Origin: an uncultured Desulfurococcaceae archaeon
GTDB lineage: Archaea; Thermoproteota; Thermoprotei_A; Sulfolobales; NBVN01
Direction: 5' to 3'
Assembly (NCBI GenBank): GCA_964482405.1
Contig: CAYZXH010000003.1
Span: 1 to 59,799 of the forward strand
Length of the DNA: 59,799 bases
This document shows, piece by piece, positions 20,878 to 30,849 of the stretch. The position numbers were made by a program, and so were the translations under genes. The notes beneath the pieces are model-generated. The model was not told the origin of the DNA and searched no databases. It worked only from the letters and a program-made list of their open reading frames with translations. Each line of letters opens with the position of its first letter. Position 1 is the first letter of the stretch.

Positions 20878-21405
20878 CTAATATAGTGAATCCCGTATCC
20901 TAAAGTACAGGTCTTTATGAATCCAGTCCCTGTTAGAGAGAGACACGGAAAACAATTCCCACCGACTGCTCAAGGACTTAAGTATGGTGTCCTTCAGCTT
21001 CCAGTGGATAACGGCTAGTAAAACCCTATCACTTCTTAAAACGTCGTAAATAGCTGACCTAAGCTGAGGAACCGACAACTCCATAGGACCTATCTCATCA
21101 ATAGCTATCAAGTCGGAATTCTCCACTGCTTTCTTGATGGAGTTGACCCCCACGGCTGTGGCAGCCTCCACGTTAACACAGTACCTCCCGATGCGTGGCT
21201 CCCCACCCTCACATAGCTCGGCTAACCAACCCTCCTCACCGCTTATTAAATCAACTATCTTGAAACCTATCCTCCGCCCACCTACCCGGACCTCAGGACA
21301 AATAAAACCACCTATTCTTAAGCCGTCCTCCCTCAGTAACTCAATGACTTTAAGGAACACCGTAGTCTTACCAACGCCTGGAGGACCACTAATGAAGAAC
21401 TTCAT
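20878..21405 (-). CDS. THEP1-family NTPase
   Basis: GPPGVGKT, GGF...RIGF, IDEIGPME. Confidence 0.92.
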   Translation of the reverse strand: MKFFISGPPGVGKTTVFLKVIELLREDGLRIGGFICPEVRVGGRRIGFKIVDLISGEEGWLAELCEGGEPRIGRYCVNVEAATAVGVNSIKKAVENSDLIAIDEIGPMELSVPQLRSAIYDVLRSDRVLLAVIHWKLKDTILKSLSSRWELFSVSLSNRDWIHKDLYFRIRDSLY

Positions 21406-21443
21406 TTCATGCTCAGGCTCGCGAGTATTCTTAAATCCTTGAG

Positions 21444-22415
21444 CTAAACCTTAATTATCTTAACTTTTCCTCCCTCAACAGTCGATAAGCTATCTCTTAT
21501 CATCTTCGCTTTCTCAGGATCGTCTGTAACGACACTGACATCCGCGTCAGTAACTCTAGAGAACTTCAGGCACTCACCGATCTTCACGATCATCTCCCTC
21601 ATGCCATATCTGTGGGACTTAGTCGTATCCACCGTTATGAAGGTCTCCCTATCTTTTATTATATAGTCCGGTGCCGACCTTCTTATCTCGTATATCTTGC
21701 TCTCATCCACGTCGAATAACTCTTTAAGGTTTGTTTTCACGCGTATTAAATTCTCGTTAGCGAATCCCTGAGCTTCTTTAATCGACTTACTGGCAAACTC
21801 TTCCCTTAAGTCTTTAGCTGATATAGGTCTTATGACTTCATCACCTAACACCGAAGCTAGTTTCTCAGCTGTCTCTATGGTTATGTTCCCTCCCTTCTTC
21901 TCATAGGTTTCCAAGGTTTTCCTAGAGATATTCAGGAGGGATGACAAAGACGTCAGCGTGTGTCTTAGTTCTGTTCTCTTTCTAGAGAAGACCTCACTAT
22001 CTACTTTAACGAATAGCTCCCCCCTCTTATATAGAGCTATTAACTCATCTCTCCCGGAATACATGTTCTGGAAAGTCTTTAAGCTAAGTAAATAAACACC
22101 TTCTTTCTCAATCACTATGTTCTCGTATACGTCAGGAGTCTCTGAAATTATTAAAGGTACGGCGTTTAAAGCCATCGAAGACTTAATTAGGTCCTGTGCT
22201 TCGTTCTTATTCACGTGCATTAAGTCCTTAACTCTTATTATGAGTGTCCCGTGCTCGTCACTGCTAGCAACTATATCTATAGATCTCTCCCTGTACTTAA
22301 CGGGAAAGTTAATGACCTCATATCTAAAGCTAACTCTCTCTAACACGTTGTTAACTCCTTCGTAAAGCTTCTTAAGCACTTCCTTACTTCCCGTTCTACT
22401 CTCCATCATTATCAA
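21444..22415 (-). CDS. Archaeal HTH transcriptional regulator (COG1395-like)
   Basis: SIDIVA N-domain; Cro-like HTH (LNISRKTLETYE). Confidence 0.75.
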   Translation of the reverse strand: MIMMESRTGSKEVLKKLYEGVNNVLERVSFRYEVINFPVKYRERSIDIVASSDEHGTLIIRVKDLMHVNKNEAQDLIKSSMALNAVPLIISETPDVYENIVIEKEGVYLLSLKTFQNMYSGRDELIALYKRGELFVKVDSEVFSRKRTELRHTLTSLSSLLNISRKTLETYEKKGGNITIETAEKLASVLGDEVIRPISAKDLREEFASKSIKEAQGFANENLIRVKTNLKELFDVDESKIYEIRRSAPDYIIKDRETFITVDTTKSHRYGMREMIVKIGECLKFSRVTDADVSVVTDDPEKAKMIRDSLSTVEGGKVKIIKV

Positions 22416-22473
22416 TAATAACTAAGTAATGCAGTAATATAAGTGTTTAATTTTTTCTTTTCGAAGATAAATA

Positions 22474-23178
22474 TCAACTTCTCGTATACCTAGCTAACAC
22501 CATAGCGTGGTCTTTATCGAAGGGATCTAGATGGACCACATCAACTATTTCGAATCCTCCCTTAGTCAGCGTGTCTATCTCCCGCTTATAAACCTCGTCA
22601 GGTTCTTTAGTCACGTCAATACTTCTAGACTTTATAGCTAGGTAGAGATAACCATTCTCCCTCAAGAAGTACTTAGCGTTGATGTTCACGATGGCCGCCT
22701 GCTCCGGCTGCGCTACATCAGCGTATAAGACGTCAACCAAAGAGACTGTGTGTGAGTATTTCTGCGGGAAGCGCGCGTCGTTCAATAGCGGGATTAAGTT
22801 TTTGCGGTCTTCACATACTCTCAGTAAATCTCTTATTACTCTAGGCGCGAACTCAACTGCGTACACAACTCCCTTCTCGCCAACCAAATCCGATACGTGG
22901 CTCGGCGTGGTTCCCGAGCCAGCGCCTAGGTAGAGGACCTTAGTACCACTACCTATGAATAATTCTTTTATGCCTTTCAATAACGCTCCAGCCAGCTTAC
23001 TCCTGTAGGGGTTCCACTCCCTATACTCCACCCCCTCATACAAGTACAGTCTCTCGCCGTAGACTCTCTTGCCAGGAGCTAGGTTCTTAGTAGCTAGTTT
23101 TATGCTACCATCTTCTAACTCAACCAAGTATACGCCGCCATACTTTTCATGAGGCTTAATACTAACTACTTCTATCAT
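22474..23178 (-). CDS. flpA: Fibrillarin
   Basis: YREWNPYRSKL, VLYLGAGSGTT, DVAQP. Confidence 0.96.
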   Translation of the reverse strand: MIEVVSIKPHEKYGGVYLVELEDGSIKLATKNLAPGKRVYGERLYLYEGVEYREWNPYRSKLAGALLKGIKELFIGSGTKVLYLGAGSGTTPSHVSDLVGEKGVVYAVEFAPRVIRDLLRVCEDRKNLIPLLNDARFPQKYSHTVSLVDVLYADVAQPEQAAIVNINAKYFLRENGYLYLAIKSRSIDVTKEPDEVYKREIDTLTKGGFEIVDVVHLDPFDKDHAMVLARYTRS

Positions 23179-23184
23179 CTTTTA

Positions 23185-24429
23185 TCACCTACCACCCCTC
23201 CCCCTCCTACCCCTCTTAAATGGAGGTCTTTCAGGCCCTTTAACTTTCTCTGGCATGGGCTTGGCAGGCGGCTTAGCGTACAACTCCTTAATCTCCGCAA
23301 TCCTCTCCTGAAGATCTTTCTTAAGCTTATCCGCAATGAATCTGCCGGTGAAGTAATCGGCTTTAGCAGCTATAGCTAGCTTAGTTGCGACAGCTCTCGC
23401 GATCTTACCTCTCTGCCACTTAGGGGCTGTATGTATTTCCGGGTACTGGAATAACACGCCGTGTTTCGGCGGTCTCCCGCCAGTTCTTAGAGCTCTGAAC
23501 AAAGCTTTCTCAGCGCCTAAGACTTGAATAGTGCTTGCAGGCATCTTAGCCAAGTCTTCGAGACTTCCGGCAAGCGATAATAATCTCGCGCCCAGAGTAG
23601 GTCCCACGAGTTCCGTTATGTTAGGGGCTACCTCCCTCATGACTTGACTTAAGTATTCTGAAAGCCTATCCCTCAACTCGTAAAGATTTAGAATAACGTT
23701 AACAAAGTCTCTTATTCTCTCAACATCCACTTCCGATAAGTCAGCACCCATACTCTTCCTAGAAGCATCGTAGATCTTGAGAGCTCTACTCTCACTAAAG
23801 CCTAGCTTCCTGAGTTTTTCGGGAGTCATCTCCTCCCTACTACCAAACTCGTAAACTACCGTAGCGTACATCTTATGATCCTCTATCAAGTCGTCTAACT
23901 CCGGAAAGTGAACACTATACCACTCACGCATTCTCGACGCGAATAAGTTTATAGTCTTATCTATGTCATCTATAGACCTGATGGCTTGAATAGCTAGTAA
24001 GTCCCTCTTAGCAGCAAAGCTCCTTAACTTAATCCTAGTTGCTTGAAGCATTACTTGATTCAAGAACATAACCCACTCAACCTCAGATTTCGCAATACCT
24101 TCATTAATCGCTATCTGAATCAAGGAATCACGAAGTCTTCGAAGAACACTATTCTCAGGCTCTACAAGCGCTTTAAGCTTCATCGAAGAAAGCGCTCTCG
24201 CATGATCCTCATCCGGAACCACCACCTCGACCTCGTCACCGTAGGCCTTAACCAAATCCTCAATACAGGCAACAAACTCATCCGTTACCTCCCCATTCTC
24301 CAATTTCAGAACGCGCTCAACCAACTCATTCACGTTAATCTTACTACTAAAACGCTTTACGAGTACATTACCATCAACGTCAGCTATTAGAGACCCTATA
24401 AACGTATCAAGAGCTACTACCCTCACCAT
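23185..24429 (-). CDS. nop5: Nop5 (box C/D RNP subunit)
   Basis: REWYSVHFPEL, STIQVLGAEKALF, PKHG; start placed at ATG 24429. Confidence 0.95.
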   Translation of the reverse strand: MVRVVALDTFIGSLIADVDGNVLVKRFSSKINVNELVERVLKLENGEVTDEFVACIEDLVKAYGDEVEVVVPDEDHARALSSMKLKALVEPENSVLRRLRDSLIQIAINEGIAKSEVEWVMFLNQVMLQATRIKLRSFAAKRDLLAIQAIRSIDDIDKTINLFASRMREWYSVHFPELDDLIEDHKMYATVVYEFGSREEMTPEKLRKLGFSESRALKIYDASRKSMGADLSEVDVERIRDFVNVILNLYELRDRLSEYLSQVMREVAPNITELVGPTLGARLLSLAGSLEDLAKMPASTIQVLGAEKALFRALRTGGRPPKHGVLFQYPEIHTAPKWQRGKIARAVATKLAIAAKADYFTGRFIADKLKKDLQERIAEIKELYAKPPAKPMPEKVKGPERPPFKRGRRGRGGR

Positions 24430-24527
24430 TAGCACCAAATAGAAATAACTCACACAAATTTATATATGCTAAGGATCACGTAGACAGACTTCATAACGCC
24501 TGGCAACACCGCATCATTAAGGACAGG

Positions 24528-24583
24528 CTCTCACGTCCGCTAAGATCATCGTTTGCCGCTTCGGCTTTTCCATTATCACTGAG
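24528..24583 (-). ncRNA. Possible degenerate box C/D sRNA
   Basis: CUC-AGUGAUAA...CCGA...GAUGAUC...GUGA-GAG with a 3-bp terminal stem; boxes non-canonical. Confidence 0.35.
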
Positions 24584-24662
24584 GGTCTCACGCTAAAGAC
24601 ACGTGGGTCCTTAATCAAAAGCTTATAATCTTTAGAAGTATTTTTTATGCGGGTCTAGGGCA

Positions 24663-24866
24663 ATGCCTACGCACGGTTCGATGACTAAGGCTGGTAAAGT
24701 GAGGAGTCAGACTCCAAAGATAGAGAGGAAGCCTAAGAGGAATTTCCCGCCTAGGCAGAGGAATAGGCGTGAGTATTGGATTAGGAAGAGGAAGGAAGCG
24801 GGTCTTCCAGTTCCTACGGTGATACCTCCTTCGTCTGTGCCCAGTGCGAGGAAGGCTACCGCATAG
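24663..24866 (+). CDS. rps30e: 30S ribosomal protein S30e
   Basis: [17 protein letters not shown]. Confidence 0.95.
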   Translation: MPTHGSMTKAGKVRSQTPKIERKPKRNFPPRQRNRREYWIRKRKEAGLPVPTVIPPSSVPSARKATA

Positions 24867-24916
24867 CTTTTCAAAAAATAATTTTGTTAATAGAGTTTCT
24901 TAAGTGAGGTGCTGGC

Positions 24917-26233
24917 TTGATTTCAGGAGTGAGGGTAGGGGATAGAGTAAGGATTAGGAAGGGCCCTCTAATTTATGAGGGCGTGGTTCTACCTAAGAGT
25001 GAGTTTAGTTCTGAGAATGTCTTAGTGATTAAGCTAGATAACGGGTACAACGTGGGGGTCGACGTTAGCGGTGCTGAGGTAGAAGTCATAGAAGAAAACG
25101 TTGTGGGTTTCCATGAGTCAGGACTTTCCCGTAGTGTGGTGAAGGGTGGCGGCAATCTCAGGATCACTTTCTTGAGTACTGGCGGTACCATCGTTAGTAA
25201 GGTTGATTACGAGACGGGCGCCGTGAGGCCTGCGATAACTGCGACTGAGTTGCTCGAGGCGGTCCCGGAATTCGCTGATTACGCGTCGGAACTCGCTGTG
25301 ATAGAGTATAGCAGATTGTTTAGTGAAGACTTAACGCCGGCGTATTGGGCGGAGCTAGGTAGTGAGGTAGGTAGGTTAATTGAGTCAGGCGTTGACGGAG
25401 TCCTCATAGCTCACGGAACTGACACTATGACTTACACAGCTTCAGCACTAGCTTTTGCTTTAAGGAATCTCCCAGTACCAGTCATCTTGGTCGGTTCTCA
25501 GAGGAGTAGTGACAGGCCTAGCTCGGACTCGGTCCTCAACATGAAGGCTTCCTTAGCAATCTTTAAGGAAGCGCCGTTTGGTGAGGTGGTGGTGTGCATG
25601 CATGGAACTATCTCAGACGATTACGTCTTAGCTCATAGGGGGGTTAAGGTCAGGAAAATGCATTCTAGTAGGAGGGACGCATTTCAATCAATAAATGACG
25701 CACCGTTAGCTAGGGTTGACTTCCCGGGCATGAGGTTTAAGATGCTTAACCCGAGGTTTATTGCTAGGGGTAGGAGAGAGGATTTCCAGGTTGTGAGCAA
25801 GTTTAGTGATAGGGTCGTGTTACTGAAGTTTTATCCGGGCATGGAGTGCGGTATCATCGATTTCTTAGTTGATAGGGGGTATAGAGCCATAGTCTTTGAA
25901 GGAACTGGGTTAGGTCACATAAGAAACGCTTGTGTTGATAGTGTTGCCAGAGCTACTGAGGAGGGGGTGTTAACAATCGTGACTACTCAGACAATATTTG
26001 GCAGGGTTAACATGAATGTCTACAGTACTGGTAGGAGGCTCCTTAAAGCCGGTGCTATACCAGGACATGATATCTTAAGTGAGGTTGCTTACGTTAAGCT
26101 GTCTTGGATGCTCGGTAGCTATCCAGGTCTTGACAGGAAAGACTACGTAGAGCTTTTTCACGGGAACATAGCTTACGAGTATAACCCGATACATAAGGAC
26201 TCGTTATTCCCGGTGTGGTCTCATGAGTATTGA
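24917..26233 (+). CDS. gatD: Glu-tRNA(Gln) amidotransferase subunit D
   Basis: KLDNGYN, TGGTI, HGTDT, GSQRSSDRPSSD. Confidence 0.95.
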   Translation: MISGVRVGDRVRIRKGPLIYEGVVLPKSEFSSENVLVIKLDNGYNVGVDVSGAEVEVIEENVVGFHESGLSRSVVKGGGNLRITFLSTGGTIVSKVDYETGAVRPAITATELLEAVPEFADYASELAVIEYSRLFSEDLTPAYWAELGSEVGRLIESGVDGVLIAHGTDTMTYTASALAFALRNLPVPVILVGSQRSSDRPSSDSVLNMKASLAIFKEAPFGEVVVCMHGTISDDYVLAHRGVKVRKMHSSRRDAFQSINDAPLARVDFPGMRFKMLNPRFIARGRREDFQVVSKFSDRVVLLKFYPGMECGIIDFLVDRGYRAIVFEGTGLGHIRNACVDSVARATEEGVLTIVTTQTIFGRVNMNVYSTGRRLLKAGAIPGHDILSEVAYVKLSWMLGSYPGLDRKDYVELFHGNIAYEYNPIHKDSLFPVWSHEY

Positions 26234-28136
26234 CTACTCCTCGATAGGTTTGAGAGTCGGTATTGAGATACATCAGCAACTAGCTACTAAAGAAAAGCTT
26301 TTCTGTTCATGCCCTGCTGAGTTAGCTAGTGATGAGGTTCCTAAAAGAGAGGTGAGGAGATTCCTGAAGGTTGCTAAGAGTGAGGTTGGTGAAGTTGATC
26401 CCGCGGCTCAGTACGAGATCATGAAGGGGAGGAACATAATATACGAGGTACCGGAGAATCACGCTTGCTTGGTGGAGCTGGATGAGGAGCCTCCTCACGA
26501 GCTGAATAGGGAGGCAGTTTTAATAACGTTAGCCATAGCTAGGGCCCTGAACTCCACGCCCGTTGACGAGATAGAGGTTATGAGGAAGATAGTTGTTGAC
26601 GGCTCAAACACTACAGGTTTTCAGAGAACAGCTATAGTCGCTGTAGGCGGTTATCTGGCAGATGATGACGGCTTGATAAGAATACAGACTATATGTCTTG
26701 AAGAAGACGCTGCGAGGAAGGTTGATGAGGGGAGGGGTTATGTTAAGTATAACTTAGACAGGCTGGGCATACCGCTCATCGAGATAGCTACAGGACCCGA
26801 CATAAGAAGCCCTGAGCAAGCCATGAGGGTTGCTTTCAAGTTAGGGTTGCTGCTTAGACTTAGTGGTAAGGTCAAGAGAGGGATCGGCACCATAAGACAA
26901 GACCTAAACATATCGATAATGGGGGGCGTTAAAACCGAGGTAAAGGGTGTTGGAAAGCTCGAGTTAATACCTAAGGTAGTGGAATACGAGGTTTTGAGGC
27001 AGCTGAGGCTACTTGAAATAAGAGATGAGTTGATTAGAAGGGGGGTTAGGGAGAGTGACTTACCTTACTTGATTGTTGACGTGACCGACGTTTTCTTAAG
27101 CAGTAAGAGCAGGTTAGTGACTTCCTCGCTAAGTAAGGGTCTCAGAATATACGCGACACCGCTGAAAGGCTTTGGCGGATTACTGAAGACTGAGTTAATG
27201 CCTGGGAGAAGGTTTGGCACGGAACTCTCTGATTACGCGAAGGCTTGGGGTGGGGTGGGGGGCATAATACATAGTGATGAGCTGCCTTCCTACGGGATCT
27301 CAGAGGAGGAAAAAGACGCTGTTTTCAGGCTCCTCTCATTGGATAGGGAGAGGGACGCGTACGTCCTGGTAATCAGTGACGCGGAATCGGCTGAGAGAGC
27401 TCTTAAAGCTGTTGTGGATAGGGCTCGGCACGCGCTGATCGGGATACCTAAGGAGACGCGCGCGGCTAACCCTGACGGCACTACCAGGTATATGAGACCT
27501 CAGCCAGGCGCTATGAGGATGTATCCAGAAACGGATATTAGGCCCATCCCGGTCACTCAAGAACTCCTCGAGGAAGCTGAGCGCCTTAAACCGCCAACGC
27601 CTGAAGATCTTCTAACCCGTTTGATAGGGGAACATAAACTCACGAAAACTCTTGCCGAGCAATTGATTAGAGACCCATTAATTCATACGTACCTAAACTT
27701 AGTTGAGGAATTAGGTAATAAGGTACAACCCCACATAATAGCCACGACACTAATGATACATTTGAAGGGGCTTAAATCGGAGGGGCTTGACGTTAGCGTG
27801 ATAGACGAGCAAACACTAAAGACAATTCTGGAGAAAGTCGGCGAGAATATCTTAAGTAAAGACGCAATACCTGAGATACTGAGGGAATATTCAGTCAAGA
27901 GAGGCGAGGTTAGCCTAGAAGAATTAATCAGGAAATACACCGGAGTGGGGATCGGCGAGTTAGAGAAGCTAATAGATGAGGTTATAGAGGCCTTAAGAGA
28001 AACCTTACTAGCCAAGAAAGAAAAAGCGTTCAACATAGTGATGGGCGAGGTCATGAAGAAGGTGAGAGGTAAGATCGACGGGAAGGTGGTTGCGGATACC
28101 GTGAGGAAAAAACTTAGAGAAACGCTCGGTACTTAA
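26223..28136 (+). CDS. gatE: Glu-tRNA(Gln) amidotransferase subunit E
   Basis: GIEIHQQL, DGSNTTGFQRT, GTIRQD, RMYPETD. Confidence 0.96.
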   Translation: MSIDYSSIGLRVGIEIHQQLATKEKLFCSCPAELASDEVPKREVRRFLKVAKSEVGEVDPAAQYEIMKGRNIIYEVPENHACLVELDEEPPHELNREAVLITLAIARALNSTPVDEIEVMRKIVVDGSNTTGFQRTAIVAVGGYLADDDGLIRIQTICLEEDAARKVDEGRGYVKYNLDRLGIPLIEIATGPDIRSPEQAMRVAFKLGLLLRLSGKVKRGIGTIRQDLNISIMGGVKTEVKGVGKLELIPKVVEYEVLRQLRLLEIRDELIRRGVRESDLPYLIVDVTDVFLSSKSRLVTSSLSKGLRIYATPLKGFGGLLKTELMPGRRFGTELSDYAKAWGGVGGIIHSDELPSYGISEEEKDAVFRLLSLDRERDAYVLVISDAESAERALKAVVDRARHALIGIPKETRAANPDGTTRYMRPQPGAMRMYPETDIRPIPVTQELLEEAERLKPPTPEDLLTRLIGEHKLTKTLAEQLIRDPLIHTYLNLVEELGNKVQPHIIATTLMIHLKGLKSEGLDVSVIDEQTLKTILEKVGENILSKDAIPEILREYSVKRGEVSLEELIRKYTGVGIGELEKLIDEVIEALRETLLAKKEKAFNIVMGEVMKKVRGKIDGKVVADTVRKKLRETLGT

Positions 28137-28229
28137 CACGGCGTGATATTCGGTTAAGAACGTTTATTAAGTGTCAATAACTAACAATGCGTGAATTCTT
28201 ATTAACGGGTCAACTACTTATAATTATTG

Positions 28230-28334
28230 GCGGGGGTGCCCGAGCCAGGTCAAAGGGGTCGGGCTCAGGTCCGAAAATGGTGGGAGCCCCGATGGCGTAG
28301 GCCTGCGTGGGTTCAAATCCCACCCCCCGCACCA
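28230..28334 (+). tRNA. tRNA-Leu(CAG) with 17-nt intron at 37/38 (28270-28286); CCA encoded
   Basis: Cloverleaf with long variable arm, GTTCAAATC; BHB: CUCA pairs with UGGG, bulges GGU and AGC. Confidence 0.95.
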
Positions 28335-28459
28335 AACTAAGTGATTCACGTACTCACGTACCACGTATTCAATCGCATAATAGTAAAATAATTATTCTCA
28401 ACCTGAAAACATTTCATTCAATTTAATAAAATTTTTATATCCGTAGTAAGTATTTACTG

Positions 28460-29854
28460 TTGGTGAGTAAAATAGTGTTTTACTATTATGATAGGTATGA
28501 TCCTAAGAGCATACCGAAGATAGTTGTAGAGCCGCCTGGCCCTAAGTCGAGGGAGATTATCGAGAGAGATCACGAGTTATTGATGCAGTCATTCGTCAGG
28601 TGGTACCCTCTAGCCGCTAAGAGTGGTTACGGGGTTGTTATCGAGGACTTTGATGGTAACTTATTCGTAGACCTCAACTCGGGGATAGCTGTCATGAATG
28701 TTGGTCATAGTCATCCCAGGATAGTTAAGGTTGTTGAGGAGCAAGTCAAGAAGTTAATACATTACTCTCTCACAGACTTCTACTATGAGGAAGTAGTCGA
28801 GTATTCTGAGAGCCTGTCTAAGATACTACCCATCCCTGGTAAGAAGAAGTTCTTCTTTGGTAACAGCGGTGCTGAGGCTATTGAGGCGGCGATGAAGATA
28901 AGTAAGGGTGTTGCGGGAGGTAAGAGGCCTTACATCATGGCTTTCATAGGTTCTTTCCACGGCAGAACACATGGAGCTATGTCGTTAACGGCTAGTAAGC
29001 CGGCACAGAGGAAAGGTTTCCAACCACTACTTCCCGGGATTATCCACGTTCCTTATCCATACCCCTATAGGTGTCCGTTTCATGCAGATCCGGAGGAATG
29101 CGGTGATGCTGTGATAGGGTTTATAGAGGAGTGGATATTTAGGAGGATGGTGGATCCTTCCGAAATCTCCGCAGTATTCATAGAGCCTATACAAGGTGAG
29201 GGTGGTTATGTAGTACCACCAGAGGACTTCCTCCCCAAGCTCAGGAAGCTGACGAGAGAGAACGGGATCTTACTGGTTGCTGACGAGGTTCAGAGCGGGT
29301 TTGGGAGAACCGGTAAGTGGTTCGCTGTAGAGAATTGGGGTGTTGATCCAGACTTAATAACAATGGCTAAGGCAGTAGCTTCAGGCATACCGTTGGGTGT
29401 GGTGGGTGGTAGGGAGGAAGTGATGAACCTGCCTCCGGGATCGCACGCGAGCACGTTCGGAGGCAACCCCGTAGCGTTGAAGGCCGGAACTGAAGTGATA
29501 AGAATAATTGAGAGTGAGAAGCTCTTGGAGAATGCTGAGAAGGTAGGTAATTACGTGATGAAGAGGGCTAAAGAGTGGATGGATAACTACGAGATAGTTG
29601 GTGACGTGAGAGGGAAGGGCTTGATGATAGGGATAGAGCTAGTCAAGAATAGGGAGACTAAGGAATACGCTAAGAAAGAGTTGGAGTCATTCTTAATCAA
29701 GTGCTTTAAGAGAGGCGTTGCTGTAATAGGTGCTGGATTTTCAGCTATAAGGATGGCACCTCCCCTAGTCATATCACAGGAGATAATGGAAAGATCCATG
29801 GATATCATGGAAGAAGTCCTTAAGGAAGTAATGAGGGAACATAGTAGTGCTTGA
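28460..29854 (+). CDS. Class III PLP aminotransferase (GABA/acetylornithine type)
   Basis: NSGAEA, FHGRT, EPIQGEGG, DEVQSG, MAK, STFGGNP. Confidence 0.9.
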   Translation: MVSKIVFYYYDRYDPKSIPKIVVEPPGPKSREIIERDHELLMQSFVRWYPLAAKSGYGVVIEDFDGNLFVDLNSGIAVMNVGHSHPRIVKVVEEQVKKLIHYSLTDFYYEEVVEYSESLSKILPIPGKKKFFFGNSGAEAIEAAMKISKGVAGGKRPYIMAFIGSFHGRTHGAMSLTASKPAQRKGFQPLLPGIIHVPYPYPYRCPFHADPEECGDAVIGFIEEWIFRRMVDPSEISAVFIEPIQGEGGYVVPPEDFLPKLRKLTRENGILLVADEVQSGFGRTGKWFAVENWGVDPDLITMAKAVASGIPLGVVGGREEVMNLPPGSHASTFGGNPVALKAGTEVIRIIESEKLLENAEKVGNYVMKRAKEWMDNYEIVGDVRGKGLMIGIELVKNRETKEYAKKELESFLIKCFKRGVAVIGAGFSAIRMAPPLVISQEIMERSMDIMEEVLKEVMREHSSA

Positions 29855-30077
29855 GGAAGCCGTGATCGACGCGTTAAGAAACCTCAAGCTAGCTACTTTT
29901 GAGGAGCTACGTAAGTATTTGCGTGAGGTAAAGAAAGAAGAGTTTCTAGACATGGAATTAAGGAGAGTCTTGGCGAGGCTGGTTAGGGAAGGTAAGGCAG
30001 AGAAAGTACCCGATCCTAAAAAGAGTAAGTTTCTTTTTCGTCTGACTTCCTCCACTCTAAAAAATGAGGGTTCTTAA
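29847..30077 (+). CDS. Small winged-helix protein
   Basis: ATFEEL...LRRVLARLVREGKAEK pattern; overlaps upstream stop. Confidence 0.6.
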   Translation: MLEEAVIDALRNLKLATFEELRKYLREVKKEEFLDMELRRVLARLVREGKAEKVPDPKKSKFLFRLTSSTLKNEGS

Positions 30078-30106
30078 GTCTCGTGAGTTTTGGTGTGAGA
30101 GTTGGG

Positions 30107-30212
30107 TGGTGGGGCCGCGGGGATTTGAACCCCGGACCACCAGCGATCCGGAGCGCGTTCTTCGGGGAGACTTCCCCAGGCTGGCATCCTATCCAAGCTA
30201 GACGACGGCCCC
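30107..30212 (-). tRNA. tRNA-Pro(GGG) with 28-nt intron at 37/38 (30146-30173); CCA encoded
   Basis: GGGGCCG acceptor stem, GTTCAAATC; BHB: CUGG pairs with CCGG, bulges GGA and AUC. Confidence 0.95.
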
Positions 30213-30279
30213 ACACCAAAGATTCTTAACTTAATCTATCTTTTAAATGTTTAAGCTTGATTAAATTTGGTTGATATAG

Positions 30280-30849
30280 TTGGTTAGACTATTTGTGGCT
30301 GTTGAGATAGAGAACAACGATGTTTTGAGGAACGTGATTAGGTTTAGGGATGCTGTAGTGTCTTGCTCTAAAGAGAGAGGTATTAAAGGGGTTGAAGACG
30401 AGAATATACATCTAACCTTAAGATTCATCGGTGAGGTCCCCGATAGCTACGTTCCTCAAATAAGTGAGTGCGTGATGCGTGCTAAGGAATTCACTAAATT
30501 CCAGATGAGGATTGAGGGGGTGGGTGCGTTTCCTTCCGTTAGCAAGCCGAGAGTGTTGTGGGTTGGGATTACTGAAGGCTTCGATAAGCTGAGATCTATT
30601 AGGAATAGACTTGAAGAATGCTTGAAGCGTTACGCGCAACCGGATAGAGAGGAATTCGTTCCCCACATAACGGTGGGTAGGGTGAAAGGATATTACGACC
30701 CGGCATGCCTCAAAAACATCATATTAACGTATGAAAACTCCTTATTCGGGCTGACACAAGTAACTCAGGTAAAGCTAAAAAGAAGCATTTTAAGACCTGA
30801 AGGACCCGTATACATGGACGTCACCGTAGTCGACTTAAAGGATGGTTAA
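30280..30849 (+). CDS. thpR: RNA 2',3'-cyclic phosphodiesterase / 2'-5' RNA ligase
   Basis: Two HxT motifs (HLTL, HITV); RLFVA. Confidence 0.93.
   Translation: MVRLFVAVEIENNDVLRNVIRFRDAVVSCSKERGIKGVEDENIHLTLRFIGEVPDSYVPQISECVMRAKEFTKFQMRIEGVGAFPSVSKPRVLWVGITEGFDKLRSIRNRLEECLKRYAQPDREEFVPHITVGRVKGYYDPACLKNIILTYENSLFGLTQVTQVKLKRSILRPEGPVYMDVTVVDLKDG

Noticed and set aside
30016-30219. 67-aa ORF on the minus strand
   Set aside because: It overlaps tRNA-Pro(GGG) on the same strand and is a translation of the tRNA
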